DNA of 64,000 nt from a virus (Duplodnaviria; Caudoviricetes), in the IMG/VR virus record IMGVR_UViG_3300020577_005397, positions 2,746 through 66,745 of that record. One strand, written 5' to 3'. Below are positions 34,865 to 44,176 of the stretch, in pieces (the first letter of the stretch is position 1; every line of letters begins with the position of its first letter). Under the pieces are notes generated by a model. That model was not told where the DNA came from, searched no databases, and worked only from the letters and a program-made list of their open reading frames with translations. A program made the position numbers and the translations under genes.

Positions 34865-34946
34865 CGCCTTCAAGTGAGGGGGCCGTGGCACGGGACATCC
34901 GGTTTCGGCCTAGGGAACGGCCCCCTCATTCTGAAACGGGAGATTT

Positions 34947-35174
34947 ATGGGCCGACATCCTGACGACAAGGAGCTGTTCAGCATCGTCTTTCCTGGCCGG
35001 TCGGGCTTCTCGATCCGCTGGGCACTGGATGGCTCCTGGTTCATCACCGACAAAGGATTTGGCACGTACCATGAACTGATCGCCCTCATGTACCTCAAGG
35101 GCGAACGACCGTTCCGGGCTATCCAATTCGGTGTGGGGCCGCTCATGCTCGCGTTCTACTGGATTGTCGAATGA
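34947..35174 (+). CDS. Small aromatic-rich protein
   Basis: GGGAG SD. Confidence 0.6.
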   Translation: MGRHPDDKELFSIVFPGRSGFSIRWALDGSWFITDKGFGTYHELIALMYLKGERPFRAIQFGVGPLMLAFYWIVE

Positions 35175-35270
35175 ACGGCTACTTCCTGATCGGGGCACAG
35201 CTTGCAAACACGATCATCGTTCTGTTAGGGCTTGTGGTGCTCCAGGCCCTGACGAAAGTACGGAGGCTGT

Positions 35271-35817
35271 GATGGACACGGAAGCCGAGCTGGCGAGACT
35301 GCGCTACGCTTGCCGGAAGAACGACAACGACATTGAGCAGGTACTTGGCCGCGCACTCGGATACCCGAGGTACTGTGACGACCAGATCAACTTCCCAGGA
35401 TCGACGGACGCGGACGGCGTGTGTGTCGGGGATCAGGTCGCAGCCAGTCTTGCCATGCAAGCGGCAGACCGAATCAAGGCACTCACTGCCGAGCTGGAGC
35501 AAGCGCGGGCCGACGCAGACACATGGAAGAAACGCTACTTCGACGCAGGGCGGAGCGAAGATGCGTTCGCGGCAGACATGGCTCGTGTGATGGTTAGCGT
35601 CTTCAAAAAAGACGAGGCCCTGTTAGCCGAGCTGGAGGCGATGACGGCCCGCAAGGACAGCTGGCGGCGAGCGGCACTGTACTGGCGAAAAGAGTGGGGC
35701 CTATACACAGGGGCGCTCCTTGGAGACTCGTATGTTGCGAGATACCTTGTTGGACGGTCTGTGTCCCAAAGGAACATCAGGCGCAAGCAAGCCGAGCGCG
35801 GCCAGGATCGGAGTTAA
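35271..35817 (+). CDS. Phage hypothetical protein (LGRALGYP..DGVCVG type) with coiled coil
   Basis: GGAGG SD; recognisable motif. Confidence 0.75.
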
Positions 35818-36044
35818 CATGGCAGGAGCTATCTTCTCTCTACTCGTCTTGCTACTGTGGGTCGGCATCGGGCTCATGTTCCTGGCGGCGCACTACGTGC
35901 CGCACACAACGGAGGACGAATGACAGGCTGGAACGGTAAGCGGCCCAACAGGGATGTTCGCGGCATCGTGATCGACGTGATTGTGTTCGTCGTGGTTGCC
36001 GTCGCCTTCCTGCTCGTCACGTTCCATCAGACAGGATACTGGGG

Positions 36045-36374
36045 ATGAGCAAGCTGACGTGGCATGTGCCGGTGGCGTCGAAGAACTACCGGCTCTCGTT
36101 TCAACGACACGCGGCCCGGCAGGGTGGAGGCGAAGCACGGGAATACGTTCCTGTGAACTTCCACCTGCCGGGGAGCGTCACGAACCTGAGAACGTTCTGC
36201 ACCGACAACCTCGATCTGTATCGAGGCAAGGCCATCGTGGTTGTGTATGACCGCCACCAGCCCGATGACATCGTGCGAGACGATCCGCACTGGGCAGGCG
36301 TGTACGGCGAAGGCGGAAACCCGAATGCGTTCGAGCGGCTTCTGAGTGAAGACCGCTGGAAGTTCAGGAGCTGA
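36045..36374 (+). CDS. Hypothetical protein
   Basis: Coupled to the small TM genes 35819..35923 and 35920..36048. Confidence 0.65.
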   Translation: MSKLTWHVPVASKNYRLSFQRHAARQGGGEAREYVPVNFHLPGSVTNLRTFCTDNLDLYRGKAIVVVYDRHQPDDIVRDDPHWAGVYGEGGNPNAFERLLSEDRWKFRS

Positions 36375-36375
36375 T

Positions 36376-36582
36376 ATGCCTGAGTGGCTTCAAGTCGTCT
36401 GTGTGACTCTGGGGATGGTCTGGGCTTTGGCGGCACTCGTCTGTTTCTTGTACGGCCTTGACAACCATGACACGGGGGCTGTGTTCGTGGGGCTGTTCCT
36501 GCCCTTCTTTATCCCCCATCTCCTGGTGAAAGCGTTCCGCTTCTGGTGGAGGGCGTTGAAAGACGCGGCAACGGAGGACTGA
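36376..36582 (+). CDS. Small two-TM protein
   Basis: AGGAG SD. Confidence 0.65.
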   Translation: MPEWLQVVCVTLGMVWALAALVCFLYGLDNHDTGAVFVGLFLPFFIPHLLVKAFRFWWRALKDAATED

Positions 36583-36583
36583 C

Positions 36584-37327
36584 ATGCTGACCGAAAAGAA
36601 TCACACGGGGCTCGCTGCTGTCGCCCGCTTCTGGATGGGCGTGGCTCTGAGCGGCACGTCGAACTGGCTCATCCTGTGCAACATCCTGCTCACCTCGATG
36701 GGCATGGTGGCCGCATTGGCGGGCGGGGGAAACGTGACGTGGGACGGTCTCTTCCCGGTCATCGTTCTGACGGGGGCCACGAGCCTGAGCCTGCTGGCGG
36801 GATGTCTGCTGGGAATCATCTCCTCGATTGTCGAGGTGTTGTACTGGCGCGGCGACCTGGACATGCACAATGCGTCGTTCTGGATGCGAGCCACCATCGT
36901 CAGCATTCTGGGCTTCGACATCCTGAGCACCGTCTGGGCGTTGACGAACGGCATCTTCTTCGAGCCCGACAACGCCATTCCTTCGCTCGTGCGAGTGGCG
37001 ATGGCTCTGGCCGTGACGCTGTTCGCCTTTTCAGTCGGCGCGGAGCGATGGATGGTGCTGGGCGTGCAGCTCATCGCCAACAACTGGGAAGAGGCGCTGA
37101 TGACGATGAAGTTCATCCCGCGCAAGAAGAAAGACAAGGGATGGCAACCGAAGGGCGAGAACGTACACCTGCCTCCGACGAATGGGGCACCATACCCTCA
37201 GCCCCCACAACATCAACCGAGTGAGGCCGAGCGTCGAGAGATGCAGAGCTACAAGGATCGTATGCGTGCTGAGGCGGAAAGGCGCAATCAGCAAGCACAA
37301 CAGCAACACGGAAAGGGAAAACGATGA
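36584..37327 (+). CDS. Multi-TM membrane protein with a Q/P-rich tail
   Basis: GGAGG SD; 4-5 hydrophobic segments. Confidence 0.75.
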   Translation: MLTEKNHTGLAAVARFWMGVALSGTSNWLILCNILLTSMGMVAALAGGGNVTWDGLFPVIVLTGATSLSLLAGCLLGIISSIVEVLYWRGDLDMHNASFWMRATIVSILGFDILSTVWALTNGIFFEPDNAIPSLVRVAMALAVTLFAFSVGAERWMVLGVQLIANNWEEALMTMKFIPRKKKDKGWQPKGENVHLPPTNGAPYPQPPQHQPSEAERREMQSYKDRMRAEAERRNQQAQQQHGKGKR

Positions 37328-37632
37328 ACGCACGGATCTACTTCTGCAAGATGGGTTTGCTCGGGCAGGGCAAGTTTGGGCTGGCGCTGACGGACGCCTC
37401 CATACGCCCCAAGGAGGGCGCAGTGCTATCGCCGGAAGACGAGTCCGGCGCACAGGACATGCTCAACGCGCTGCGGCGCTACATGCGGTCCTGCGGCTAT
37501 TGGGAGGTTCCGGCATGGCTGTACAGCCTGCTCGAAAAGCTCTCGGACTTCTACTCCACCCTGCTCGGCAAGGAGCCCGAGACGGGTTCGTGGCACAGTG
37601 ACCGGCCCCACGAAGGAGAGCTGCCGAAATGA
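37324..37632 (+). CDS. Hypothetical protein
   Basis: ATGA overlap. Confidence 0.7.
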   Translation: MNARIYFCKMGLLGQGKFGLALTDASIRPKEGAVLSPEDESGAQDMLNALRRYMRSCGYWEVPAWLYSLLEKLSDFYSTLLGKEPETGSWHSDRPHEGELPK

Positions 37633-37823
37633 AGCTCAAGTCACTGGAGGACGCCAAGGCGAAGGTGGCCGCCTTTAACAAAAAGGCCAGGGCTCTTCAG
37701 AAGCAGGAGAACGCCCTGACCGATGCGCTGGAGGCACTGGGCAATGAGATTCTGGATCTTGTAGACGACATGAACCACGTCTACACACCCGACGACGAAC
37801 GGGAGGACGACAATGACGACTAA
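37629..37823 (+). CDS. Small coiled-coil protein
   Basis: GGAG SD. Confidence 0.7.
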   Translation: MKLKSLEDAKAKVAAFNKKARALQKQENALTDALEALGNEILDLVDDMNHVYTPDDEREDDNDD

Positions 37824-38049
37824 GAAGACTCGCAAGCCGAAGTTCCCGGTGCCCGAGATCCAGGTCAGGTCGAAAGACCCGGTGGTGAAGGCGCTGGTCA
37901 AGGCGATCAAGAAGAAGGCCGACGAACTCAGCGTCATCCGGGACGATCTAGCCAAGCTCTCTGAAGAGGCTGAGGCCCTGGAGTACAACACCACCGAGGC
38001 CATCTACCGACTGGACGAGGCCGCCGACACTCTTTCGGAACTCGTCTGA
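37813..38049 (+). CDS. Small coiled-coil protein
   Basis: GGAGG SD. Confidence 0.7.
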   Translation: MTTKKTRKPKFPVPEIQVRSKDPVVKALVKAIKKKADELSVIRDDLAKLSEEAEALEYNTTEAIYRLDEAADTLSELV

Positions 38050-38052
38050 ATC

Positions 38053-38082
38053 AAAAGGCCCCCTCCGACGAGGGGGCCTTTT
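38053..38082. terminator. Bidirectional intrinsic terminator
   Basis: AAAAGGCCCCCTC-CGAC-GAGGGGGCCTTTT between convergent genes. Confidence 0.9.
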
Positions 38083-38610
38083 CTATGCTGGTCCTGACAC
38101 GGTGGTTGTGGTGGAGGTCGTGAACTCCTGCACCGTCATTCGAGTGTGTAGCTCTTCGAGGAGCCTGCGCTGCTCGTCCAAGTCGTGCTTCAGTCGTTCG
38201 TTCTCCTCCTGCTTCAGCTTGTGAGCAGCCATGAGCAACTGGTACTCCTGAAGGATCGCGTCGTACTTCTTCTGGACATCCATCAGGCGCTCTTCCAAGA
38301 TCCGCTTGTCCTCTCGTAGCCCCCGCTGGTCTTCCCGGAGTTCCTTGATCTCGGCCTTCATCTCGGTCATACGACGTTCGAGTTCGTCGTTGAGTCGGAT
38401 CATCCCTGCCTGGACTTCATTGTCGGCCTGGGCTTTTCGAAGATTCCCCTCCTCAATCACACTTCTCGTTTCTGCCGCTATCTTATTGCGAGACTGAGAA
38501 GCCGCGTAAGTCACTCCCAAAAATGTCAGCAATCCAGTGGCGACGGTCCCGCATAAGCCAATGATACCCACAAGGATCGTCGTCAGGTCGAGGCTACTTA
38601 GAAATTCCAC
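38083..38610 (-). CDS. N-terminal TM plus coiled-coil protein (holin/lysis-like)
   Basis: GTG with AAAGGA SD. Confidence 0.6.
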   Translation of the reverse strand: MEFLSSLDLTTILVGIIGLCGTVATGLLTFLGVTYAASQSRNKIAAETRSVIEEGNLRKAQADNEVQAGMIRLNDELERRMTEMKAEIKELREDQRGLREDKRILEERLMDVQKKYDAILQEYQLLMAAHKLKQEENERLKHDLDEQRRLLEELHTRMTVQEFTTSTTTTVSGPA

Positions 38611-39112
38611 GTCCTTTCTTCCTTCGCCGGACGGATTTCCGGCTTCGGGGCATGGGACATCCGTCCATGACCCAATGGATAGAATCACTCACCAGCAAAC
38701 CGAGGACCATCCACCCTAGATAGCTTGCCAGTTCCGGTGAGATAGATACCAGAGCAGCAGGCCATACCCGAAGAGCGAACATAGCCAGAGAAGCAACAGT
38801 CCCCAGATAAGCAATACGGAGACAAGTTCCGACAATAGGAACATGGGAAAGCCAACTCCGATGAGGCATGAATCGAGAGTAGGGATACCAGATCATGACC
38901 CACAAGAAGCCCAGTCCGAGCGTGTACTTCACCAGCTTGTGCTCGAAGCTGTTCAGGGTTTCTTGGTCCAGGTCAGGTGTGAGAGCAATGCCGAGGAGAG
39001 ATCCCCCTGCGGCACACACAGCCGCAGGGAGACCGAATGGTAGACCGATTATGGGGACGAGGGCGATTGCCGCTGTGACCGAGGCTTTGGCGTGGTCTGC
39101 TCCGCTGGACAC
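38594..39112 (-). CDS. DUF2227-like membrane metal-binding protein
   Basis: GADH, TPDLD, HRSWLSH, SDSIH. Confidence 0.75.
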   Translation of the reverse strand: MSSGADHAKASVTAAIALVPIIGLPFGLPAAVCAAGGSLLGIALTPDLDQETLNSFEHKLVKYTLGLGFLWVMIWYPYSRFMPHRSWLSHVPIVGTCLRIAYLGTVASLAMFALRVWPAALVSISPELASYLGWMVLGLLVSDSIHWVMDGCPMPRSRKSVRRRKKGRGISK

Positions 39113-39333
39113 CGGTAGTATACCTTTCCGTCTGGGGCTTTTCGTTTGACCAGCGTGCCCGCAGCCAGATCCTTGTTGAGCTGTTCGTACATTGCGTACT
39201 TCGTCAGGCCGTGCTCTCGTCCTTTGGCGAGCAGTTCCTTCGGCGTGATCTCGCCGGGGCGGCGATCCCAATCCGACTTCCGCTCTTCGCTCTGTTGCTT
39301 GTATCGCTTGAGGATGTTTTCCCAGGCGCTCAT
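39049..39333 (-). CDS. Small putative winged-helix DNA-binding protein
   Basis: ITPKELL..AGTLVKRKAPDGKVYY. Confidence 0.55.
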   Translation of the reverse strand: MSAWENILKRYKQQSEERKSDWDRRPGEITPKELLAKGREHGLTKYAMYEQLNKDLAAGTLVKRKAPDGKVYYRCPAEQTTPKPRSQRQSPSSP

Positions 39334-40091
39334 CTCGTCACCCCGCGATTGTATTGCCACGGGACGCGCCACATGTGATGGGACAGTTCGTTCGTGCTCG
39401 GTGTGTAAACGGCTACGCCGATCCAGGGACAAGGCGTGAAGGGCACGGCCTTGAACCCATAGCGTGTCTTGAGTTGCCAGGGAGGACAACAGGTTACTTT
39501 GATCTCGCGCTGATTTCCCTTGCGATCAAAGTACCGATGCCCGCCCGTCGCGGGGCTGTGCCAGTGCCCGTACATCCAGATGTCAGGAATGCGTTCCCCG
39601 CTTTCGAGACAGTCCATGTAGATGTCAGCGGCAGTCGTGTTTAGTGCGTTGGCTCGCCCGCGAGGAGAGACCGCAGGCTTCGGTCCGTGGTGCGTGTGCC
39701 AGATGTGCCGACCGTCGAGGGTGAAGCGAACCTCTTCAGAGCGATCTTCAATTCCGAGGACGCGGGCCACTTCGTTGTCGGCCTTCCCGTCGTCCGTGTG
39801 CCATGCGGTGCCTCGAACCATGTGAACTCTGTCAGCCAGTTCCACGACAGGTTGCCACAGCTCCACGGCCAGAGACACACTCAGCAGACCTTTCTCCGTG
39901 AACTCCCCACCTCCGCCTACCCAGATGCGGTAGTTCTGCTTGGCCTCCCGCATGGCCTCGATCATCAGATCCCACTTGCGTGCCGCCCACTTCTGCGGCT
40001 TGCTTCCTTTGGGATCTGGGGCGAACTCGGAACCTGCGTGCAGGTCAGTCAGGTTCCAGAACTGCCAAGGTTTTTCGGTTTCGATTTCCAC
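39330..40091 (-). CDS. Calcineurin-like metallophosphoesterase
   Basis: DLHAG, GGEFTE, RGTAWH, HTHHG, GHWH; GTG with AGAAAGG SD. Confidence 0.8.
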   Translation of the reverse strand: MEIETEKPWQFWNLTDLHAGSEFAPDPKGSKPQKWAARKWDLMIEAMREAKQNYRIWVGGGGEFTEKGLLSVSLAVELWQPVVELADRVHMVRGTAWHTDDGKADNEVARVLGIEDRSEEVRFTLDGRHIWHTHHGPKPAVSPRGRANALNTTAADIYMDCLESGERIPDIWMYGHWHSPATGGHRYFDRKGNQREIKVTCCPPWQLKTRYGFKAVPFTPCPWIGVAVYTPSTNELSHHMWRVPWQYNRGVTR

Positions 40092-40120
40092 TTGACAAAC
40101 CTTTCTCTTTCGTATAGTAT
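40092..40120 (+). promoter_or_regulatory. Sigma70-like promoter, leaderless
   Basis: TTGACA-17-TAGTAT; ATG 7 nt downstream. Confidence 0.7.
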
Positions 40121-40127
40121 AACACAC

Positions 40128-40460
40128 ATGCAGATCCGTATTCAGATTACCGCTAAAGACATAAGAGTTGCGTTAGACCGCCACCGGAAGGGCTGGACCA
40201 TCGAGAGTCCAGTATCCGTGGCGCTGGAAAGGCTAGGCTACAAAGGGGCAGTCCACAGCCCTGACGGAAAGCATCTGTGGTGTTATGACGTGACCGGGAA
40301 GACGTACCTGAAGGTGGCCTACTCGAAACGCCTCCACCGGACGTTGGTTGTGTGGCGGAAATCGCAGGTATGTATTCCTGCCACTTACATTGTCGAAGCT
40401 CACGAGGTTCTTTCTGAACCTCATTTCCCTGGATACTCCCAGGAAGGAAAGGCACAATGA
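40128..40460 (+). CDS. Hypothetical protein
   Basis: Leaderless ATG; stop overlaps the next start. Confidence 0.65.
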   Translation: MQIRIQITAKDIRVALDRHRKGWTIESPVSVALERLGYKGAVHSPDGKHLWCYDVTGKTYLKVAYSKRLHRTLVVWRKSQVCIPATYIVEAHEVLSEPHFPGYSQEGKAQ

Positions 40461-41005
40461 AGAAGCTGTTCGCACTTGGTTTGGTCTTGATTGTCGTCGT
40501 GTTGCTCGGGGGCACCCTCATCGCCAATGCCCTCAGCGGTCACGGGACCACCTACACATTCGGGGGTATCGGTCCGGCTGTGTCGGGCTACGTTCCCAAT
40601 GCCAGCGTGCAGTCGATCCAGGTCCACGGCGAGGCCCAGGTTGCGATGGTGTTCAAGGTGAACGGTGTCACGTACCCGTGCGTCTGGAAGCCGCAGTACA
40701 ACGCCTATCACTGCGACACGCCTCTCTTGCCGCCCACCTTCTATGGCGTCTACCCGTACATCGAGATCCAGACCCAGACCGGCTCGTACTGGTGGGTGGA
40801 CGTGAATGAATACACGTCTGGTCGTTACATTCACCTGATCCCGGAGCTGATCCGCGACGGCACAAGTGCGCCGCGCACGCCCGGCAAGACCAACACCCCG
40901 ATCCCGACGGACCAACTACCGTTCTCGGTCGGCACGCCCGGTCCCGTGGACCATCCCTACGAGGGCGGATCGACCGTGACGATTTTCACACCGGAGGCAC
41001 CATGA
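40457..41005 (+). CDS. Secreted/anchored beta-rich protein
   Basis: MKK plus hydrophobic signal peptide; AAGGAAAGG SD. Confidence 0.75.
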   Translation: MKKLFALGLVLIVVVLLGGTLIANALSGHGTTYTFGGIGPAVSGYVPNASVQSIQVHGEAQVAMVFKVNGVTYPCVWKPQYNAYHCDTPLLPPTFYGVYPYIEIQTQTGSYWWVDVNEYTSGRYIHLIPELIRDGTSAPRTPGKTNTPIPTDQLPFSVGTPGPVDHPYEGGSTVTIFTPEAP

Positions 41006-41304
41006 GCGGCGGAAGCTGGGGCTACATGTATCACGGGCTGGAAGATGTCGCGGACGCTCTCCAAGCCTCGGAGTATCCGCACCGTCGTCTTCTGGCCCCG
41101 GTGTTTCGCAATCTGGCGAAGATCATGCACGACGTGGAATGGCTGGACAGCGGCGACTACGGCCTGGACGATCTGCCCAGAGAAGAGGCATTGATCCGCG
41201 AAATCCTGGGGGACGAGGCGTACAAGAACCTCATGCTCCAGGACATTCAGGTTCGGCAGGACGCGATCCAGGCCGACATCGACAAGCTGAAGGAGATACC
41301 ATGA
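41002..41304 (+). CDS. Phage hypothetical protein (MSGGSW.Y type)
   Basis: GGAGG SD, motif. Confidence 0.75.
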   Translation: MSGGSWGYMYHGLEDVADALQASEYPHRRLLAPVFRNLAKIMHDVEWLDSGDYGLDDLPREEALIREILGDEAYKNLMLQDIQVRQDAIQADIDKLKEIP

Positions 41305-41469
41305 CCTGCCCAGCAAGCCCTGCGAGTGATTTCCTGCTGTGGCTCATGATAATCCCCTTCTCGATTTTCTTGTGGATGGTGCTCATCTACTTCGCCCATC
41401 AGTTGATCTGGGTGAGCGTCATGCACGAACGCTGGCCCTGGCAGAAGAAGAAGGACGAGGAGGACTGGT

Positions 41470-41985
41470 ATGGGGAAAAGGAGTAACTTCCAGCGAGTTC
41501 CCAGGGACTTCTACGTGACCCCGCAAGAGGCCGTGGTGCCCCTTCTAAGCCATCTCCCGCGCAAGACCCGGTTCGTAGAGCCCTGCGCGGGAGATGGAGC
41601 CCTGGTGAGGCATCTGGAGGCCGCTGGGCATGTCTGCATCGGGGCCTATGACATCGAGCCCAGAGGGCCGGGGATCGTCAAGAAGGATGCCCTCAAACTG
41701 GTCGAGGCATCAGGCGGGATGTACATCACGAACCCGCCCTGGAGTCGGGATGTGCTCCATCCCCTGATTGACCATCTCCGCGTCCAGAAACCGACCTGGA
41801 TACTCCTGGATGCGGACTGGATGCACACGAAGCAGGCCAGTCCTTACCTGGACTACTGCAACGAGATTGTGAGTGTGGGCAGAGTGAGGTGGATCGAGGG
41901 CAGCAAGATGACTGGGAAGGACAACTGCTGCTGGTATCTGTTTCTAGCTCGTGCTCCCATCGCCACGGCCTTCTATGGGCGTTAG
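41470..41985 (+). CDS. DNA adenine (amino) methyltransferase
   Basis: DFYVTP, EPCAGDG, ITNPPW. Confidence 0.88.
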   Translation: MGKRSNFQRVPRDFYVTPQEAVVPLLSHLPRKTRFVEPCAGDGALVRHLEAAGHVCIGAYDIEPRGPGIVKKDALKLVEASGGMYITNPPWSRDVLHPLIDHLRVQKPTWILLDADWMHTKQASPYLDYCNEIVSVGRVRWIEGSKMTGKDNCCWYLFLARAPIATAFYGR

Positions 41986-43712
41986 CGATTGTCCTTCCCG
42001 CCCGCTGCCTTGAACGCAGCGATCTCCTGTGCTGACCAGTTGATATCGGTCAGTGCAGGACCGCTGTAGGGCTGGGTACGGAACGCCGGAGTAATCGTAA
42101 TCCCGGCCCTCGTAATCATCCAGTCTACGATCTTGTCGTTCGGATATTTCAGGGCCGTAGCCGCCTCGAACACATCGTTGATCCAATTCTGTCCGGTGTA
42201 CGGCTTGACAGGGGCAGGAAGAGTCACACCCATAAACTCCTGGAGAGCCAACAGGTCTCCGTCGAATACGTCCAGGTCAACGGGATACCCAATCCCGTCC
42301 ACATAGCCGATGCTCGAATACTGCCAGAACTTGAAGCGCCCAAAGGGCGCCAGCTCCGGGGGATCATACGTCCCAGTCTGAAGCTGTGTAATCGCGGGCA
42401 CCGTAGACGCGAAGGGATAACGGGCAATCCAGAGTGGATACCCGATGGCCCACTGACAATACGGGCGGATCTGATTCCAGATGTCAGGACGGGTGTAGAT
42501 GATCGGCTTCTTACGGAACACCGGCTCAATTGTGTCTACCCACTCCTTGAGAGCCAGTGCATACGCCTTGGGGTCAGGTGCATACTGCTCCACGTCCACG
42601 ACCGGTGGCATCTCTCCCAGGTCGCCCTTGTCCGCCCGAGACAGCATGAACTCAGCCTGAGCCTTGCCCGAGAAGGTATAGCGCAGGTACTGGTACTGGC
42701 TACGAGGAAGCACGCCCCGGAACTGAAGCCAGTGCTTGGCGAACTTGTCGTCCGGCCAAGGAATCGAATCCGCGTTGCGAATAAAGACAAACTGAAATCC
42801 AGCCGCCTTTACCCTTGACGGATCGGTCACATTCTGGTAGCTGGAGATGTCCAGTCCTCGCGTATATGATCGCGCCATGATCGCCTCTGTGAACCTCTTA
42901 TTGAACTGGGGAGCGTTGCGTAGTTCGTGCTTCTCCCATCGGCTGGTGCCATTGTAGGTGAAGATGAACGCAGCCACGACGTAGGGATCTTTCTCAAGCT
43001 CCGCCGCATAGTCGCGCATGTACTCCCAATACTGATCCTCGCTGACACCCTGATCGCGCCAGCCTCCGCCGACTGTCTGCCCACCGACGTTGATCTGATC
43101 GAACCCGCACTCCGTGATGAGCCACAGGAATGCCTTCCCGCGACCCTGAGCCAGTCGGCGGTGTCCGAGCATGTTGTATAGATCCCGGCCCGCAGGCAGG
43201 GTAGCCAGTCCGTACTCGTGCAGGCCAATCAGACTCTTCGTGCTGCCGCCAGCCGCCAAGTACGAAATCAGGAACGCCTCGAACATGTCCGGCTCGATAG
43301 CACCCGTAGCGAAGTTCCCGATCACGGCGGTGTTGCCATGAGCTTCTAGGATCTTCGAACGTTCCGCCTCGTGAATGCCAAACCACAGAGCCAGCTCTGC
43401 CGTGTCGATCTTGGGCTCATTGATCCCCTCGAAGTACATGTTAGGGATCGGGGTGTTGGCGTTGTACCTCTCCACGACCGAAGCGCAAACCCTGGGGTCC
43501 GGCCATCGATTCATCCAGTCCGATAGGTTCTGGAGATCTCCGGGCTCGGCCTTGCGATAGACGATTCGTTTCGTCGGGTAAGCCCTGGCCCAGCCATAGG
43601 CTACATCCGGGGAGTTGACGAATTTTACCCACCCCGCTCCTTTGTCCAGGAGGGGTTTGACCTGTTCAGAAACCTGACCGTTCCACAGATCGGCATGGAT
43701 AGAGAGTTTCAT
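41982..43712 (-). CDS. Endolysin: N-terminal GH clan-A-like barrel plus GH25 muramidase
   Basis: GINEP, HEYG, ITECG; GLDISSYQ, VDVE, LWIARY, FWQYS, VDLD. Confidence 0.85.
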   Translation of the reverse strand: MKLSIHADLWNGQVSEQVKPLLDKGAGWVKFVNSPDVAYGWARAYPTKRIVYRKAEPGDLQNLSDWMNRWPDPRVCASVVERYNANTPIPNMYFEGINEPKIDTAELALWFGIHEAERSKILEAHGNTAVIGNFATGAIEPDMFEAFLISYLAAGGSTKSLIGLHEYGLATLPAGRDLYNMLGHRRLAQGRGKAFLWLITECGFDQINVGGQTVGGGWRDQGVSEDQYWEYMRDYAAELEKDPYVVAAFIFTYNGTSRWEKHELRNAPQFNKRFTEAIMARSYTRGLDISSYQNVTDPSRVKAAGFQFVFIRNADSIPWPDDKFAKHWLQFRGVLPRSQYQYLRYTFSGKAQAEFMLSRADKGDLGEMPPVVDVEQYAPDPKAYALALKEWVDTIEPVFRKKPIIYTRPDIWNQIRPYCQWAIGYPLWIARYPFASTVPAITQLQTGTYDPPELAPFGRFKFWQYSSIGYVDGIGYPVDLDVFDGDLLALQEFMGVTLPAPVKPYTGQNWINDVFEAATALKYPNDKIVDWMITRAGITITPAFRTQPYSGPALTDINWSAQEIAAFKAAGGKDNR

Positions 43713-44176
43713 ATAGCAAACCAAGCAGACAGAGAGAAGCCGTCTCCGGTGCCAATGACCAGGGCCGGGGTAATACCCAGGTTCCCTGATTGATTATCGA
43801 CGGTGAAGAACAGGTTACTAGTGCTCACGGTTCCACGTACCACTCCCACCCGGTGAACCGCACCGGAGGTGTCATAGTACGTAAATGTTCCGCCAGAAAA
43901 CGAGCGGCTGAAAGGAACCCCATAGGGGATCGCGCCCACCTCGATGAGACCGGACCCTGCACTGTTTCCCGTAACAGAAAACCGGCAGGACAGAAACACC
44001 AGCCCACCCACAGATTCCCACCGGCTGTCTGTTACGGTGGCGGCAATTCCCACTCCGTTCTGGATGAGGGTTGGATACCACTCCACCTTACGAGGTGAAC
44101 GAGTCCGGGATTGTAGGTCTCGCAGTTCTTTTTCCAGCGCCCGCAGGCGAATTTCGTGATCGACAATAGGTTCCAT
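43709..44176 (-). CDS. Minor tail/fibre-like protein
   Basis: Short coiled-coil N-terminus then beta-rich; coupled to the tail genes. Confidence 0.6.
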   Translation of the reverse strand: MEPIVDHEIRLRALEKELRDLQSRTRSPRKVEWYPTLIQNGVGIAATVTDSRWESVGGLVFLSCRFSVTGNSAGSGLIEVGAIPYGVPFSRSFSGGTFTYYDTSGAVHRVGVVRGTVSTSNLFFTVDNQSGNLGITPALVIGTGDGFSLSAWFAI

